DNA of 64,000 nt from Porphyridium purpureum (Eukaryota). This document shows, one piece after another, positions 62,112 to 64,000 of this stretch. Location: assembly GCA_008690995.1 (NCBI GenBank), contig VRMN01000005.1, positions 558,001 to 622,000 of the forward strand, in the 5' to 3' direction. Within the stretch, counting starts at the first letter, position 1. Each line of letters begins with the position of its first letter. The notes beneath the pieces are model-generated. The model made no database searches and was not told the origin of the DNA. It saw only the letters and a program-made list of their open reading frames with translations. Made by a program: the position numbers and the translations under genes.

Positions 62112-62449
62112 GAGTGATTGATTCAAAAGAGAAGAAAAGTTGTACAGTTGTGCTTCGTCTGATGCGCCGACCACTGCGTCGGTGCAAATCTTGGGCTCTT
62201 CACTTTTCTGGGCGTGAAAAATCCGCAAGCAGCCGTAAACAATCATGCCCAGACGCCAACTCATGCGTTCTCTTCGTTCCGTGTCGAGATTTGCTGACCA
62301 TACAATCTACCAGCCCATTTTTGTACCTTCTACTACCTGTCTTCACTGCACACTTCATACTTCCTTATTCGGGCGTCTCCGCCACTCCACAGAAAACGAT
62401 GGAAAGAAAATGACAAAGAGGAAAACAAATTTCATGACAGTGTTCGGTA

Positions 62450-63502
62450 CTACAAGGCATTTTCAATGCGATGGCGGAAATCATCAATCATGGGCTTCAA
62501 TCCCTCTCGCAGGGGCACCTTGGGCTCCCAGCCCAGTAGTGTCTTGGCCTTGGTGATGTCCGGCTGGCGCTTCATCGGGTCATCCGGCGTCGCGGGCAAA
62601 AAGTTCATAGGCTGCTTGGAGCCTGTGAGCTCCAAGATCATTTCCGCGAGCTCGATCATAGTAAACTCACCCGGGTTGCCGCAGTTGATAGGCCCAGTCA
62701 GGCCCGATTCAAACAGACGCACGATGCCGTCCACCAGGTCCGACACGTAGCAGAAGCTGCGCGTCTGCTTGCCGTCACCATAGATCGTGAGCGGCTCTCC
62801 ACGGATCACCTGTCCCACAAAGTTGCTGACCACCCGGCCGTCATTCTCGACCATGCGCGGGCCGTACGTGTTGAAGATGCGAACAACCGCGATGTCCACG
62901 TGGTGCTGGCGGTGGTAGTCGAACGCCATCGTTTCGGCAATGCGCTTGCCTTCATCGTAACATGAGCGCACGCCGATCGGGTTGACATTGCCCCAGTACT
63001 CCTCTGTTTGTGGGTGCTGCAGCGGGTCGCCGTACACCTCGGACGTGGAGGCGAGCAAGATGCGTGCGCCCGTACGCTTCGCCAGGCCCAGCATGTTCAT
63101 GGTCCCGAGCATGCTTGTCTTGAGCGTCTTAATGGCATTGTACTTGTAGTGCACCGGCGACGCCGGGCACGCAAAGTGGTAGATTGCGTCGACCTCGGCT
63201 TCGTAGGGCTGTGTGACGTCGTGCCTCACAAACTCAAAGTTTGGGTTGCTCATCAGGTGCGCGACGTTCGACTTTTTCCCCGTGAAGAGATTATCGAGGC
63301 AGATCACCTCATGGCCATCTGAAATGAGGCGGTCGCACAGGTGCGATCCGATGAAGCCCGCGCCGCCCGTGACCAGCACGCGCATGTGCTTCTTCGGGCG
63401 GTTGGGCGCGTGCTCCTGGCGCCAGCGCGCCAGCCGGTCCTGCCCATGCCCGTCCGGGTTCTGTACATCCACCACCATTGCCGCGCTCCCGTTCCCCGCC
63501 AT
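62450..63502 (-). CDS. UXS: UDP-glucuronic acid decarboxylase (UDP-xylose synthase), soluble type
   Basis: [77 protein letters not shown]. No TM anchor. Confidence 0.97.
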   Translation of the reverse strand: MAGNGSAAMVVDVQNPDGHGQDRLARWRQEHAPNRPKKHMRVLVTGGAGFIGSHLCDRLISDGHEVICLDNLFTGKKSNVAHLMSNPNFEFVRHDVTQPYEAEVDAIYHFACPASPVHYKYNAIKTLKTSMLGTMNMLGLAKRTGARILLASTSEVYGDPLQHPQTEEYWGNVNPIGVRSCYDEGKRIAETMAFDYHRQHHVDIAVVRIFNTYGPRMVENDGRVVSNFVGQVIRGEPLTIYGDGKQTRSFCYVSDLVDGIVRLFESGLTGPINCGNPGEFTMIELAEMILELTGSKQPMNFLPATPDDPMKRQPDITKAKTLLGWEPKVPLREGLKPMIDDFRHRIENAL

Positions 63503-64000
63503 CTCTTTCTAACCCCTCCTCCTCCTCTCCACCCAAACCCCCACCCTTCCTCTTCCGTCTCCCCTCTTCCCTCTCTCCCTATCTCTCTATCTCTCCCTCT
63601 CTCTCTCTATCCTGCCCTCTTAACCCTCCTCCTCACAACCTCCTTGTTTGCCTTCTCCGGTCAAACCACCCAACCACACATTACACGGTCCTCCACACTT
63701 TCATAACACACACACGTCATTTTGTGATTTTCGCGGCGCGCGTGTCACCCTCAAAAGACACCAAAAACATAAAAAAGCCATTAAAATTCATTAAAGTATC
63801 TTTATAAAGCATAAAAACCATACCATTAAAACATTAAAAAAGGTCATGGTGGACACGCACTGAACCTCCCAGAATAGAGCTGTACACAGGAAAGCAAAAC
63901 GCGAGTGCGGTGCTTGGGAGATTGACAGGTCAGACGGGAACGATACGGGGAGGGTGGATGTGTCCCCGGTCGCTGTTGTGCGGGCCGTCCGGAAGGGGCG

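Overview
Gene-dense, GC-rich, almost intron-free eukaryotic nuclear DNA with about 38 protein-coding genes in 64 kb. The nucleus-encoded sigma-70 factor, the SufE-BolA fusion, MAF(V)-type transit peptides, a RanGAP without a WPP domain and rare GTACGT...CAG introns point to a unicellular red alga (Porphyridium-like; this is inference, not a database match). Recognisable genes are mostly housekeeping: FIS1, purple acid phosphatase, plastid sigma factor, SufE-BolA, peroxisomal ABCD, a ZIP transporter, V-ATPase a, a Gfo/Idh/MocA oxidoreductase, a PDZ+PPR protein, HIRA, WDR48, dymeclin, ALKBH8, TOE1, SRP54, NDUFS7, NEDD8, an AIG1-like protein, ODR4, PP2C, a GT31/Fringe-like glycosyltransferase, centrin, RanGAP, F-box/WD40, cis-prenyltransferase, NDP-glucose 4,6-dehydratase, NUDT5-like Nudix, RIM2-like carrier and UXS. 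Two spliced genes not captured correctly by the ORF track were reconstructed by hand: an SMIM4/UQCC5-like microprotein and a possibly SWI/SNF-related coiled-coil protein. No tRNA, rRNA, CRISPR array or intact mobile element was recognised. The best leads are a TATA-preceded, hairpin-rich non-coding segment at about 25.6-26.2 kb, a recurrent phased GTACAG intergenic element, the PDZ-PPR fusion, a sigma factor with altered promoter-recognition residues, a stand-alone ArgRS-zipper-like microprotein and a loose grouping of nucleotide-sugar/glycosylation genes. None of these is shown to be a new system from the sequence alone.
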